A stretch of DNA of 64,000 nt from Lama guanicoe (GCA_013239625.1 MU054391.1:7907095-7971094), one strand, 5' to 3'. Positions 12,086 through 24,240 are shown, counted from the first letter of the stretch. A program made the numbers and translations. Notes: generated by a model from the letters alone, not told the origin.

Positions 12086-13273
12086 CAAGAAGCATATCAT
12101 GGAGGAAATTCAAGACTGTGTTTAATAATTTTGTCATTTGCAAGACTGTCTGGGAAAGCGCTTTGCAGAGAGGAGGCACTCATGACTATCCCTGCTGATT
12201 ATATCTTTCAAAATGAATTACATTTGCGAAGGCAATGCTAATTACCGGAACAAATTAACCTACAATCTCAGTGGGACATTGCTGACCCAGGTCCTCTCCT
12301 GCTCCTTGGCGATGCTCATTTCCCTTTCTTGGATTCTCTTTCTTCCTCTTGAACATGAGGATGTTGTATGAAACGGCTCCAGGTTCTTTGGCAGTGATTA
12401 CACGCTTTGCCTTTTTCACTTTTGGCAAATCTTAACTGGATACCCGGGGTCAGCCTGAGGTGCATGGACAATGAGAGAGGCTCCATATTTTGTCTTTTTT
12501 TGAAGACTCCTATTTGAGATCAGTGATTTCTTGAACAACCCCGCTGAAGAGAGTAGAGAGTGATCTCTTCAGCTGTAGTTCAGGAGGTTTACGAGGACGA
12601 GAATTGTTAAAAGAATCAGCCGCTGACACTCACTAACCTGCTGTTATTGCCAGACTCTGTAATGTTGGAGGGAGCAGACGCGAAGACAGACAGGAGAAAG
12701 GGGCTCCCAGTGCTACATGGCGGCTTACTAATTTCTTCCTTTAGAAAGCCACCTGGCTTTTCCTCCTGCGTAAGATAAAGGCTGTGCTTGCCCCGTACCT
12801 ACCCACAGAGACTTGTTGTAAGAATCAGATGAGATCTCTTAGAAACTTTGTACTATGCGGAGTGATTTTGCTGAGTTAATAATTATAACTGAGTCTGCAG
12901 TTCAGGTGGATAAAATACAGCAGCGAGGCAAGGGAAACACTTCTGAGCAGTGACTAGAACAAGAGTAAACATCAAATCCAAGTGGCTCGAGACTTCAGGG
13001 ATCGTAACAAAAATTCTGGGCAGAGGCTTTAGAGCCATGATGTGAGAAAACGGAACCGTGGGATCCATGAGGTCAGGGAAGGCTTCCCGAGGAAGGCTTG
13101 CTTGATCTGTGCCTTGAGACATGGAGATTTCCATCTTTAGTGAAGAGATGAATCCATGATCCCCAAAGAGAGGGTCCCCAGGCACCTAGCACAGTCTGGT
13201 GCCCACGCAGACATCCAGAGCGAGCTCACCAGAGATGCTGGCTGCAGGGACTGCGGGGAAATGCTGGGCTAGA

Positions 13274-13760
13274 CCAAGGGCTCTTAATTTTCGGTCCATG
13301 AGTCCCCCAGGGAGTGAGTGGATAGAATTTCGAAGTTTGTAACCATGGATAAACAAATTACATCTTTATTTTTAACTGATTTTCAACTGAAATTTAGCAC
13401 GGCCTTTAATCTTGAACATAGGAGACTCTAATCCTATTTGCAATACCGATAAAATCAATAAATATCATAGGTATTCTCACATCTCGTTAAAGTTGTAGAT
13501 ACCTCAAAATGCTGACACCCACCCCTACTTCAAAATTACGGTGTTAATTAGATTGCTGTTAGATTTTTAAAATTTAATATATTAAGCAAAAATATTAACA
13601 TATCATGCATTTATTTTAATATAAATAACTGTAATCATATATAAATGATTCCCTTTTAAATCCTTGGGTTTTTTTACACATTTAGATATTTTGAGAATGA
13701 TTTCACAGGCTTCACCCCACTGCCAAGAGCTCATGGCACAGAAACAGCTAAAAAACCTGA
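13274..13760. mobile_element. hAT-Charlie (Charlie4-like) DNA transposon
   Basis: Ends caagggctcttaattttcggtccatg and cacaggcttcaccccactgccaagagctcatggcacagaaacagctaaaaaacctg, with an AT-rich interior. Confidence 0.65.
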
Positions 13761-14059
13761 GTAGGGTAAGGAGAGATACTACCCAGCATGACTGAGGGCC
13801 AGCTGAACCACAAACCAGCCTTGTGCTCGAATTGTGAGGTTGGAGCAGTGGTGGTGAACAACAGATATAAGGAGAAAGACAAAAAACACAATGGAAGGGC
13901 AAGCATGGTAGCAGAAGCCAGAAGGGAGAATTGGGAAACGGTGGGAAAAGATGCTTTAGGCCATGGGTTTAGATTAGCCCTTAAGCAGGATGTGGATGTG
14001 AGCAGGGACCGTGGAGTTGGACTGAGAAGCTAAAAGGGCTTCATAATATTTGTTTCAGC

Positions 14060-14280
14060 AGCAATATAACAACAGTGACCCAAACCAAACCGAGCATTTC
14101 TGTGCCAGGCACTATACTACGTATTTTACATTTAACACCGTGCATTTAACACTGCCATCGGTTCATGTTTAAGATACGGAGCCCAAGAGGTTAATGACCT
14201 TGTCCACAGGCATGCAGGTAGAAAGCCAGGATTTAAACCCAGGGAACTTAAACACACTGGGCTTCAATAGCATGACGTTT
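14060..14280 (-). mobile_element. MIR SINE
   Basis: gagcatttctgtgccaggcactatacta...gaggttaatgaccttgtccacagg...gccaggatttaaacccagg. Confidence 0.75.
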
Positions 14281-15173
14281 CCTCGGGAGGCACAGCCCCA
14301 CTTTTGGAGGGCAGGGGTGCCAGCGGGGTCTCTGGGCCGGCGGCATGTATTAGGCATTTGGAGTCTTTCCTTGAAGGGGCCACTTTCTGCCATTTCATCG
14401 GCTGCAGTCCTGAGTCACTGTCAGGGCGGCTGTGGAGCCTCCTGGGTGGATCTGGAGAGTGCTTGTTGGAGCTGACTAGCAGGAAGCCTCAATTAACTTT
14501 GTGGAGGCAGGATGAGGGCAGCGGAAGTTAGAGACGACCATCTTGTAACTATTTTTAAACACAAAAATAAAAACAGTAACAAGAAAATAACATGGGGACT
14601 AGAGCACATTTTAAAAATTCTGCACAAGTAACTCATCGCATCTCTCTTCCGCGTGAGGTTTAACAGAGTGTGAGCTGGCGGTGTGAAGGCTGGTGTCGCG
14701 TTTCCATGAGCCCTCCTTCTAAGCAAAGCAGAATTACATGGATTTGCCAGGATCCTGCTTGCCCAGGGAATGGGGAGGTCAGGCTAAGACGCATAAATTC
14801 CCAGAGAAAGAAGGAATGCTAATAAAGCCTCAACTTCTCACTCAAACTTCACAGACATTCCAGTTCTTTCTGTGACACACTTTTGCCAAGTGATTGATAA
14901 CCTATATTTGAATTCTCTGAGTGTCACGATAGTGGTCACCTCCACCAGGTAGCCCACCATGTGCTAGACTTTATCTGGACAATGTGTTTCATTGTGTGAT
15001 TCATATTCTCATGCAGCTCCTATTTTGGCATGTGTGATGCCTGAGAAAATAATTTTAGATAACTTTAAATAATTGAAAGTAACTTTAAATGTGATGGCAG
15101 AACACACTTGTGGTGATTGAACCAATTCACTGGGCAATCAAATAAGGTCTTACAAATCTCCCCTCTCTCTGCG

Positions 15174-15175
<2 letters not shown>

Positions 15176-15213
<38 letters not shown>
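15176..15213. repeat. (CA)19 microsatellite
   Basis: Read directly. Confidence 0.95.
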
Positions 15214-15216
<3 letters not shown>

Positions 15217-15522
15217 CTTAATTATCAATATTTTAGTTAATTCAGGTCTTCTTGGATCAAACATGTAAGTCTAAGTACCATTAGCTCATTTGTGTGTGTG
15301 TGTAATTTAGTCACATAAAAATACCTTTCTCTATTTTTGTTTCTTAACCTGAGTTTAATTTTGAGAAAAAAAATATTATCTCCTCTTCTCTCATGGCATA
15401 GAATGTGGTATAAGCTGTTTTTCTTTTTCTAGGCTGTGCTTTTGTTTAATTTTTATAATGACAATATGGGTAGATATTATTATTCCAGTGTTACAAATAA
15501 GAAAAATGGAACTCAAAAAAAG

Positions 15523-16769
15523 AAATCAGAATGGACTACAGACCTAAATTTAAGACCTGAAACTATAAAGCTCCTAGAACAAAACATAGGCAGTGCAGTC
15601 TTTGACACAGGTGTTAGCAATATTTTTTTAAATCTGTCTCCTCAGGAAGAGGAACCAAACAAATAAACATACGGGGCCTAATCAGACTTAAAAGCTTTTA
15701 AACAGTGAAGAAAACCATCAACGAAATGAAAGGCAATCTACTGAAGGGAAGAAGATATTTGCAAATGATACATCTGATAAGGGGTTAATAACCAAACTAT
15801 ATAAAGAACTCATGCAACTCTATATATATATATATATATAAAAACATAAAAATGGGCAGAGGACAGGAATAAGTATTTTTCCGAAGAAGACATCTGATGG
15901 CCCACAGGCACATGAAAAGATGCTCAACATCACTAATCATCAGGAAAATGCAAATCAAAACCTCACACCTATTGGAATGACTATCGTGAAAAAGACAAGA
16001 AATGAGAAGTGTTGGCAGGGATGTGGAGAAAAGGGAATCTTACTACACTGTTGGTGGGTGGGAATGTAAACTGGTGCAGCCACTATGGGAAACAGTATGG
16101 AGGTTCCTCAAAAAATTAAAAATAGAACTACCATATGATCCAGAAATTCCACCCCTGGGTATATACCCAAAGAAAACAAAAACACTAATTAAAAAGATAC
16201 ATGCACCCCAATGTTCATAGCTGCATTATTTACAATCGCCAAGATATGAAAACAATCTAAGTGTCCATTAACAGATATGAATGGATAAATAAAATGTAGT
16301 ATACATATACAGTGGAATATAACTCAGCCATAAAAAAGAATGAAATTTTGCCATTTGCAACAACATGAATAAACCTGGAGGGTATCATGCTTAATGAAAT
16401 GTCAGACAGAGAAAGACAAATACAGCATGTTTTCACTTATATGTGGAATCTAAAACGTAAAACAAATGAATGAATATAACAAAACAGAAAGAAGCCCACA
16501 GGTACAGAGAACAAACCGGAGGGGAGAGGGAAGTGGGGGGCAAGATAGGTGAAAGGGGATTAAGAGGTACAAACCACCAGTTATAAAATAAGTAAGACAC
16601 AAAGATGTAATGTAGAGCACAGAGAATATAGCCAATGTTTTATAATAGCTTTATGTGGAGTACAATCTACAAAAATATCAAATTAATCATATTGTACACC
16701 TGAAGCTAATATAATATAGTAAGTAAACTACACTTCAATAAAAATAAATTGGATTAAAATAAATAAATA
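15523..16769 (+). mobile_element. 5'-truncated L1 (ORF2 3' end plus 3'UTR), degraded
   Basis: ORF 16002..16220 contains [37 protein letters not shown] (L1 ORF2 C-terminus); upstream LNLRPETIKLLEQNIG; 3'UTR ends ttcaataaaaataaa; internal (TA)10 at 15821-15840. Confidence 0.95.
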
Positions 16770-16919
16770 GGGGAGGGTGTAGCTCAGTGGTAGAGTGCGT
16801 GCCTAGCATGCACAAGGTTCTGGGTTCAAGCCCCAGTATCTCCATTACATAAATAGATGAATAAACCTAATTACCTCCCCCTACAAAAGATCAAAAATAA
16901 TATAAATAAATAAAATTTA
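16770..16919 (+). mobile_element. tRNA-Ala(AGC)-derived SINE, camelid Vic-1 type
   Basis: Head ggggagggtgtagctcagtggtagagtgcgtgcctagcatgcacaaggttctgggttcaagccccagtatctcca with A and B boxes; tRNA-unrelated aaacctaattacctcccc; A-rich tail; 15-bp TSD aaaataaataaatag at 16756-16770 and 16920-16934. Confidence 0.88.
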
Positions 16920-17699
16920 AAAATAAATAAATAGATACAATCAGGGGAAAAACAAAACAAAAAACTAAGAGTCCTGCATGACAATGTATACCTGAGTAAC
17001 TGTGTAAGCCAGGTTTCAAATGCAAGTTAATTTGTCTCAAAGCTTATAATTATACTATACACACTATCTCTTACATAATATCCCACAATACTTTGTAATG
17101 CATATTTCCTTCTACAAGCTGCTGGTGTCTGTATGTACAGAGAATATAACATTTATCTTTGAATTCTTTATGTCCAATAGAATGCTTTGTGCGGCGCACA
17201 CACTTAGTAAATAAATGAATGAATGATAACATGAATAAAAGTGAGCACAGCCACTTTATTTAACCTTCTGCTGGATGCTCTGTGTGTTAAAGACGAATCC
17301 GTTAGTTTCCTCGGCGCACTTACACCAATAATATATGTAGGCTAAACATGTAGATAGTAGAGAATTCTCCCGTAGATAAGGATGGAATTGTTACAGTCTG
17401 TCGTTTTCTGTCTTGAGTCAAACCAGGTGATTCATCACATGGGGTGGGAGAGGATTCTTGGAAAAGGGATCTGAGAGGATGTTAGGGTCAAAGAGAGGAT
17501 GTAGAAGTTGAACCACGGTTCACACAAGAACTGGGAACGACTCCAAAGGAAAAGAAATTCCAAAAGAAGAGAATTTATTTCTCTCTCCAAATTCCGTTCC
17601 ATTGTATGAGCAATATTGAGAGGAAGGAGGGAAGAGAAAAAAGGAAACAGAAAGATTGTATTTTCCTAAGTTGTTCTTTGTTAGACAGCTGGAACACAA

Positions 17700-17920
17700 C
17701 GGACTGAGAACTGGATGGGGGGCCAGAAAGACTGGGGTTCAAACCCTGTACTCATTTATTAGCTGTGGGCAAACCACTTAATATATTTAAGGCTCCATTT
17801 CTCATCTGTAAAATATGGTTGATAAAACCCAACTTGAAAATTGTAATGAAAATTAAATGAGATAATTGTCGTGAAAACATCTAGCATGGTGTCGGCCACA
17901 TATTAAATGTTCCAAATGTG
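17700..17920 (+). mobile_element. MIR SINE
   Basis: gactggggttcaaaccctg...tagctgtgggcaaaccacttaa...ctccatttctcatctgtaaaat...attaaatgagataat. Confidence 0.85.
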
Positions 17921-18667
17921 TTTACAGAGATCATCAAGAAAAGCCCTCCTAAATATTTTCCAGAAAGAGCATCACACTGGGAACTGTTGGAGCATCAGGC
18001 TGGTTCATGACAGCAAGAGAGATATGACCTTCTCTGTTCTCGCCAATCATACAGTTGAATAGCCTTGGTGAGAGACTAATTTGAAACAACTAGAGATGAG
18101 AAATACATCTTCTAAGCAAATTTTCTTTTGGAGGAAGTGTGGAGGGGCTTCTCTAAATCCTTTTCAGTACAGATCTCCTGGCTGGTGGTTATGGACGAGG
18201 CACTGTATTAGACTCAGACATGCAAAGATAAAACAGACAGTTTTCTGGTTCCCTAGGAAATTATGGTCTGGTGGGTCATGAAAATATTCAGTGAGTGTTT
18301 TTACATGGCTGGGAGGGGCACTGTACCAACCGCATTAGATGTGCAGATACAAGCCAACTATCAAACTCCTTCCCTGTAGGTACTGTTACAGACTGTGTCT
18401 CGTTTAATTCTCACTGAAAACCTGCATCTTGTAATTTCTATCTCCATGTTTAGATGACAGAATGGAAACTCAGAGACTGGCTAATGGTTTCAAGCTATTC
18501 AGCTGAAGAGAAATAAGCCACTTTGAAAATTAAAAATACTTTTCATATGAAGAGAAAATGGTGAAGAATATCCACACACAATCTAGGAAAATATTATTCC
18601 AATTATTCAATTTATTTTTTGAACTAAGTAAATGTTTTCTAACTGTTCTCTGTGGAAATCTTAAAAC

Positions 18668-18785
18668 AGAAAAAGGAAGGAAGGAAGGAAAGAAAGAAAG
18701 AAAGGGAAAGAAAGAAGGGAGAGAGGAAAGGAAGGAAGAAAGGAAGAAGGAGAGAGATTAAAAAAGAAAGTGAGAAAGAATAGAG
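18668..18785 (+). repeat. (GGAA/GAAA)n polypurine repeat
   Basis: Read directly. Confidence 0.9.
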
Positions 18786-19049
18786 AATCAAATTTTATCT
18801 ATATTAAGCTGAAACTAGGGAATAAATGTGAACCACAACAATAATAGTTCAATAACTATAATTTTAGATGAAGCAGTTTTTCTTTTGAAAGTATCTATTC
18901 TGACGTGATACCATGTTTAAATTGATTCCATATTCGCTTCTTCTCTTCATAAACCATAAATTCCTCACTTATGACATCTTTATTTTGATTCTTATTTCAA
19001 GCACAGTTTTCAAGATCACAGATGTTCTGCTTTGTGAGATCTTTTATCA

Positions 19050-19905
19050 TGAGAACCATTTCATTGTTGTTCTCTTTAAGGCACAATGACTTTGCTGGTT
19101 ATAGAAAAATTTGGGGTCATACAACCTTCCTTTCAAATCTCTGCAGAATTAAAAAAATTTTTCCCACCAATTTCTAATATTGCTGAGGCAATGTCTGAGT
19201 CAGAAGAATTTAGTCTCCTTTTTCAGTAAGCCCCCAAACCAATTTCTGGTATGCTTTTTTACACTTCAAGTCTGCAAACTTTGTCAAAATATGCCTTGAT
19301 GTGTTTTCTTTCATATTTTTTTCCTGCAGTACCATGTATATTAGTTTTTACTGTGATGGTATCGTAAAATCCAACAAAGGTGAAAACATGCACTTGTCAC
19401 TCTCTGATCAGCACCTAGGTTTGTGGCTTCTCTATGTACTCTGTGCATAGAGCTGTACTCTGATGACTTTGGCTCACCTCCTGGCCCTGGGCTGGGATGT
19501 ATGTTCCAGGTGTCTTCATTCTGGAGCCCAGGCATGTGGCATATATTTTTCCTATGAAGGAGGTCAGAAGCATCAAAATGGGGATGCTTTAGATCTAGGC
19601 TTGGAATAGAACCCATATTCCATTGGCCAAAGCAAACCCTATGGTCCATCTCAAAGCTGATAGGATGAAGTATACTCAGCCTAGAGGAGGGTGGGAGTGG
19701 ATGGGGTGAGAGTCAGGTCTTCCTTTATTTTAGAACTTTTTAAAAAGTATCTTTACAGTACATATTTTTTTCCAATTTTTCCCATGGTTTCTCAGATCTT
19801 GGGTAACAAGATGGTGGACCTCGAGAGGCTAGTCTTTCATATCTGCCTTTTTCCCTTGATAATGTTTTATTTATTTATTTTTTCTTTCTCTGCTATTTTC
19901 AAGAC
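19050..19905 (-). mobile_element. Ancient L1M/HAL1 ORF1-region fragment, interrupted by an MLT1 LTR
   Basis: tttgctggttatagaaaaatttggggt...atattgctgaggcaatgtctgagtca...tatgccttgatgtg resembles the antisense of old L1 ORF1; resumes at ~19710. Confidence 0.55.
19334..19690 (-). mobile_element. MLT1J-like MaLR LTR
   Basis: tgtatattagtttttactgtgatg...gtcttcattctggagcccagg...ccatattccattggccaaagcaa..catctcaaag. Confidence 0.7.
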
Positions 19906-19909
19906 TAGA

Positions 19910-21120
19910 GCAACTACAAAATAAATAATTAAATAGACAAAATTAACAAAACTGACAAATAGGAGACAAATTCATAATTTTTAGACAGAAGACTGTCAAC
20001 CTAGAAATCTGAGAATTTCAACTGAACTATTTTTATAAAGCTTTGCTAATTGTAAGTTTGTGGGTTTCAAAATATTTACAAATTAATAACTTTCATGTAG
20101 AGTAATAATAATTATATATTAAACATGATAAAAATTACCCAAATCAGAATAGAATTAAAAATATGATATAACTAGATATTAGCTTAAATACAAGTATTTA
20201 CAGCTTATATGAACAAAATTATAAAATTCTTCAGACAGATGTAAGATTTGAATACATTGTATTTGAATAGAAAAATTTCAACCTTGTAAAGGTGCTAGTT
20301 ATTTCTAAACTAATCTATGTATTCAATTTAATGGAAGTAAGAATTTTAGTGAAGTAGAGAAAAGTTTTTTCAGTTCCCCTGGGAGAATAAGCTTATTAAA
20401 ATGCTTAACACATTTGTGGAAAAGTAAGAATAATAAGGGAAGACTTGCTTCACCAAATATTTCAACTTAATACAATATGATACCGCTGTAATTAACAGAC
20501 CTCCATGTTGGCACGGAAGTTCATCAATAACTGAATGAAACAGAATAGAAAATCCAGAAATGTATGCAAGTGTATGAGGGAGCTCAGTATGTCATAAAGG
20601 TGGTACTATAAACAGCTGATCTGTAATTACTTTCGGAACAACTAACTCGCTTTGGGGAGGAAGGAGAGGAGGAAAAGACCTTTGTCCTTGACTTGTACCA
20701 TACAAAATAAACTCAACATTTAGTTACATTCATTTAGAAAATCATACAATAAATATGCTAGAAGAAAAGACTGACATGTACTTTTATATACAGGGTTTGG
20801 AAGACATTTCTAAATTCCACTTCAAACCCAGAGAGTATGGAAACAATTGTGATAAATTGGAGTATATTAAAGTTTCAAACTTCTGAATAACAAAAATACC
20901 ATAATTGAGGTTCAAGGAGAACAAGTTTGAAAAATGAGTTGCAACATATATGACATTATGTGCAAAAAGCTTTTATAAAGTGATGAGAAAAATTGTTTAA
21001 CATTGCAATTAAAATGGATGAAAAATTTGAATAAACAATTTATAGAAGAAGAAAACACAAATGACCACTGAACCTACTAGTGACATCAAATCTTAATCAC
21101 ATTTCAGAAAATCAATCAAA
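19910..21120 (+). mobile_element. Ancient L1M(E)-type ORF2 fragment
   Basis: A-rich; aaactaatctatgtattcaat, aagaataataagggaagacttgcttcaccaaatatt, gaaacagaatagaaaatccagaaat, gaagaagaaaacacaaatgacca are collinear with L1 ORF2. Confidence 0.75.
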
Positions 21121-21628
21121 AGTTATGGCTTTTAAAAATATATGTATAATTTACCAATGCTTCAGTTGTTGTTAATACAGTGGAAACTCCCTTCATCTCC
21201 TCTTAACTGCTTTGCAAGACTGACTATTGCTCTTTGCACACGCTACCAGTATGATACTCTTTTCTTCACCAATCAAATGAATACTTACCAATTTAGTCTG
21301 TTTGTCCCCAGACCTGTTTATGACAATTTACTTGCTATGTTAATTATTTAATTAAATCCCTTTTAAATTAGTGAATGCAAAATAGGGGTCTTGTTGCTGT
21401 GAGTGTGAATGCTTTGGAAGGTCTCTGAAAGTGTGAATTAGATGTGCAGAAGACAACTACAAATGTTTAGACCAGAATAAAAGAAAACTTACCAATCCTG
21501 AAGTACTCTGCATGAAGATTACTTCACAAGTGCTTTGAAGTTTCTATACAACCAAAGAAATTTAACTTGATAATGATCGAGACAGAATTGTAATTAACTT
21601 TCAGACAAAAAGGAAAATAGGGATTGCC

Positions 21629-22213
21629 AACTAGTAATTGGATGAAAGTTAAAAAAAAAAAAAAAGGTCTTTGAGCCACATCCAAAGATTAGGCCAGTGC
21701 AAATTTAACAGCAAAGGTGTGAAGGCTTAAATGTTGGAAAAAAACGTCATAGTGTCTATATATTTTCATACTAGGAACAATATTCTAGTCCAGTTAATCC
21801 ATTAAAAAATTTATAAAGTTGAAGTCATTTTTCAATAGAGAAATCTTGATTGGAGAAAAAATCTATAATTAGATGAAAAAGGTCTAAATTATAAATTATC
21901 ATCTATCAAAACAATGGTTTAAACTAGTAATTGGATGAAAGTTAAAAAAAAAAAAAAGGTCTTTGAGCCACATCCAAAGATTAGGCCAGTGCAAATTTAA
22001 CAGCAAAGGTGTGAAGGCTTAAATGTTGGAAAAAAACGTCATAGTGTCTATATATTTTCATACTAGGAACAATATTCTAGTCCAGTTAATCCATTAAAAA
22101 ATTTATAAAGTTGAAGTCATTTTTCAATAGAGAAATCTTGATTGGAGAAAAAATCTATAATTAGATGAAAAAGGTCTAAATTATAAATTATCATCTATCA
22201 AAACAATGGTTTA
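21629..22213 (+). repeat. Near-perfect tandem duplication, 293 bp + 292 bp
   Basis: Copy 1 21629-21921, copy 2 21922-22213; by eye they differ only in A15 versus A14. Confidence 0.97.
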
Positions 22214-22285
22214 CAGAGTAGAACAGGGAGCATCAAAAAACCAAAATTCCAAGGAAAATATCACCTCTGCAACAACGCAACTGAA

Positions 22286-22339
22286 ACTCACAAATTGCCA
22301 TCTCTTGTTTTTACTCACAAATTGCCATCTCTTGTTTTT
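22286..22339 (+). repeat. 27-bp perfect tandem duplication
   Basis: actcacaaattgccatctcttgttttt x2 (22286-22312, 22313-22339). Confidence 0.97.
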
Positions 22340-22859
22340 AGCAAATCTCAGGAACCTACCATTTTAAAGAACATAAATTATTTATCGTTACCAGGTTACT
22401 GCTGCTCACAAAAATCAGCATGGAAGGGATTCTAAGCCACTGAAGGAAAAATTTGTATTTTTTTCTCACGAATTTCCATCTTAAAGTTACCTGAACAACT
22501 TCCTATCTCAGCTGTCCTGATCGTCACAAAAATGATGTAATTGCCTTGTTTTCACCAGTCTTTGTGGACCTAGAATGCTTAGTGAAATGCTTCTAGAAAA
22601 GAAGATTTTAGTTATGTTTTGGGGGGAAAAATAGTACAAATGAATATATTGCTCAAAGAATCATTTAAAGTTAGCAGCTTCATTGATAATCTTTACAATG
22701 AATGTGGTATTAGTGTGGAATAACTTCCCAGGACATGTATTACCATTGCTTTAAGACACTGCTCTGAGTGGGATAAGACTGCAGAAAACCTTGAACTATA
22801 TAAGACAACATTTAAAAAAAAAACCACATAATGTGTTAACTGACCTCAAACCAAATGAA

Positions 22860-22995
22860 TTGTTTATAGTCTGTCCCCACCTTTAGAATATACGTTCCAA
22901 AAGACAGCACTTTTTATGTCTTTCTCGCCCCATTGCCCTGATTAGTATTCGGTCCATTGTAGGCACACAATAAATATTGATGGAATAAATGAGCA
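22860..22995 (+). mobile_element. L2 3' terminus
   Basis: tctgtccccacctttagaatatacgttcc...gtaggcacacaataaatattgatggaataaatga. Confidence 0.75.
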
Positions 22996-24240
22996 AAGAG
23001 ATGGCGATTCCTGAGTTCTGAGCTCCATTCAGCAGTCTTATTCTATGGGATTAGTACTGTTCCCCAGGAAGAGCATAGACTTGAGAATTCGGGTAGAAAT
23101 TCCTGCTCTGGAACTTTTCCTGCTGTGTTTTCTTGGTGAGATTATTTTACCTACGGTTCTCGGCCATCTTGTATATAAAATATGAATTAGACCTTTTAGA
23201 CTTGTTGACCAAATTAATGTACATAATTTATCTGGTACACAGAAGGTTCTCAATAAGTGGTATCAAAGTGAATGATGTTATGATGTCGAAGACGCTGGCG
23301 GTGGAACTGGCGTAGAGGCGTAGGGATCTAAACTCTCACTGAGTGCCTCTGGGGAGCAGGATACTCTGCTAGTCTCCAGACAGCACTCCCATGCTCAAAA
23401 AAGGCCACACTCTCAGAGAGGAAATTGCTCAGCCCAGAAAGAGTTCTTCAATGGGTCACATGGGAGAAGCACTGCTTTGGCGAGCCTAACAAAGGGGCCA
23501 TTATTCTCATTCACAGACAACGCCAAGAAGGTGCTGGGTGGTCTAGGATACAGGAGACAGATAATGTAATGACTCCATTCATCAAAAAGCCGAGCATGCA
23601 CACCAGCTGCCCGCCAGCTGGAAAATGAAGCTCTTCCCTGTTCTGGGGATAATTTACTTCTGCTGGGGAGACTCTGTGATACTCTTCACCTTAAGGGACC
23701 AACAGAATTCCAACAGTATCATGTAACGCTGTGCTGACCCAGCAATGAGCCTCAAAAGGAGAGCAGAATAAAACAAGCAAATGAAGAACAAAAGTCACTC
23801 ACCTTTCACATTAGAAAAATAAAATGAACTAACAAACAATTGTTTTCTTCTGTGTATTTGTTCTATTTTCACCTGCTGGGAACTTCAGATTCTATAGCTG
23901 ATCATGCCTCTCTTTTATTTTTGGCCATTAGGACGTTTGATGTCACATTTTGGTCTTCATCTAATCACAGTCCAGGACACCATGTCATACATTTCTGTAT
24001 GGAGTACACCTACCAACTTTACTATATTCTCCTCCGAACTTTAATATAGCCAGAGGCCCACAGTTATTCACTTCTTCGTTTTGTTTTGGATTTATTTTTG
24101 AGATTATCTCCTATTCTCTGCTGGATGACTCATGAGTACATGTCACAGAACATAATGAGATCATGATTTAAACCCTCTGTATGTGGTAAAAACCTAGTGA
24201 GGCTTCTCTCCAGCTGAAAAAAATGACAGAGTTGTTATTA

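Larger units (their letters stand above)
21178..22850 (+). mobile_element. Fossil Tigger/pogo (TcMar) DNA transposon with disrupted transposase
   Basis: TA then cagtggaaactc (Tigger-type terminus). Manual translation across frameshifts: ...WKKRH..., IYN/DEKGLNYKLSSIKTMVYRVEQGASKNQNSKENIT, LCNNATETHKLPSLVF..SKSQEPTILKNINYLSLPGYCCSQKSAW, LNNFLSQ, DVIALFSP, i.e. CENP-B HTH plus DDE_1 motifs in the expected order. The 3' boundary is uncertain. Confidence 0.85.

Noticed and set aside
16002..16220. ORF with real protein similarity (also 29350..29622)
   Set aside because: These are fragments of L1 ORF2 in 5'-truncated, frameshifted elements, not host genes.
16772..16844. Possible tRNA-Ala(AGC) gene
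   Set aside because: It has a mismatched acceptor stem, a tRNA-unrelated tail, an A-rich end and a 15-bp TSD, so it is a SINE head.
21372..22800. Possible domesticated TIGD/JRK-like gene
   Set aside because: Multiple stops, frameshifts, deletions and an out-of-frame 293-bp duplication leave no ORF of 60 aa or more; reported as a transposon fossil instead.
23270..23330. Short CpG-rich, bacterial-looking stretch (gtcgaagacgctggcggtggaactggcg)
   Set aside because: Only ~40 bp, with no sustained ORF or compositional shift; insufficient for a foreign-DNA claim.
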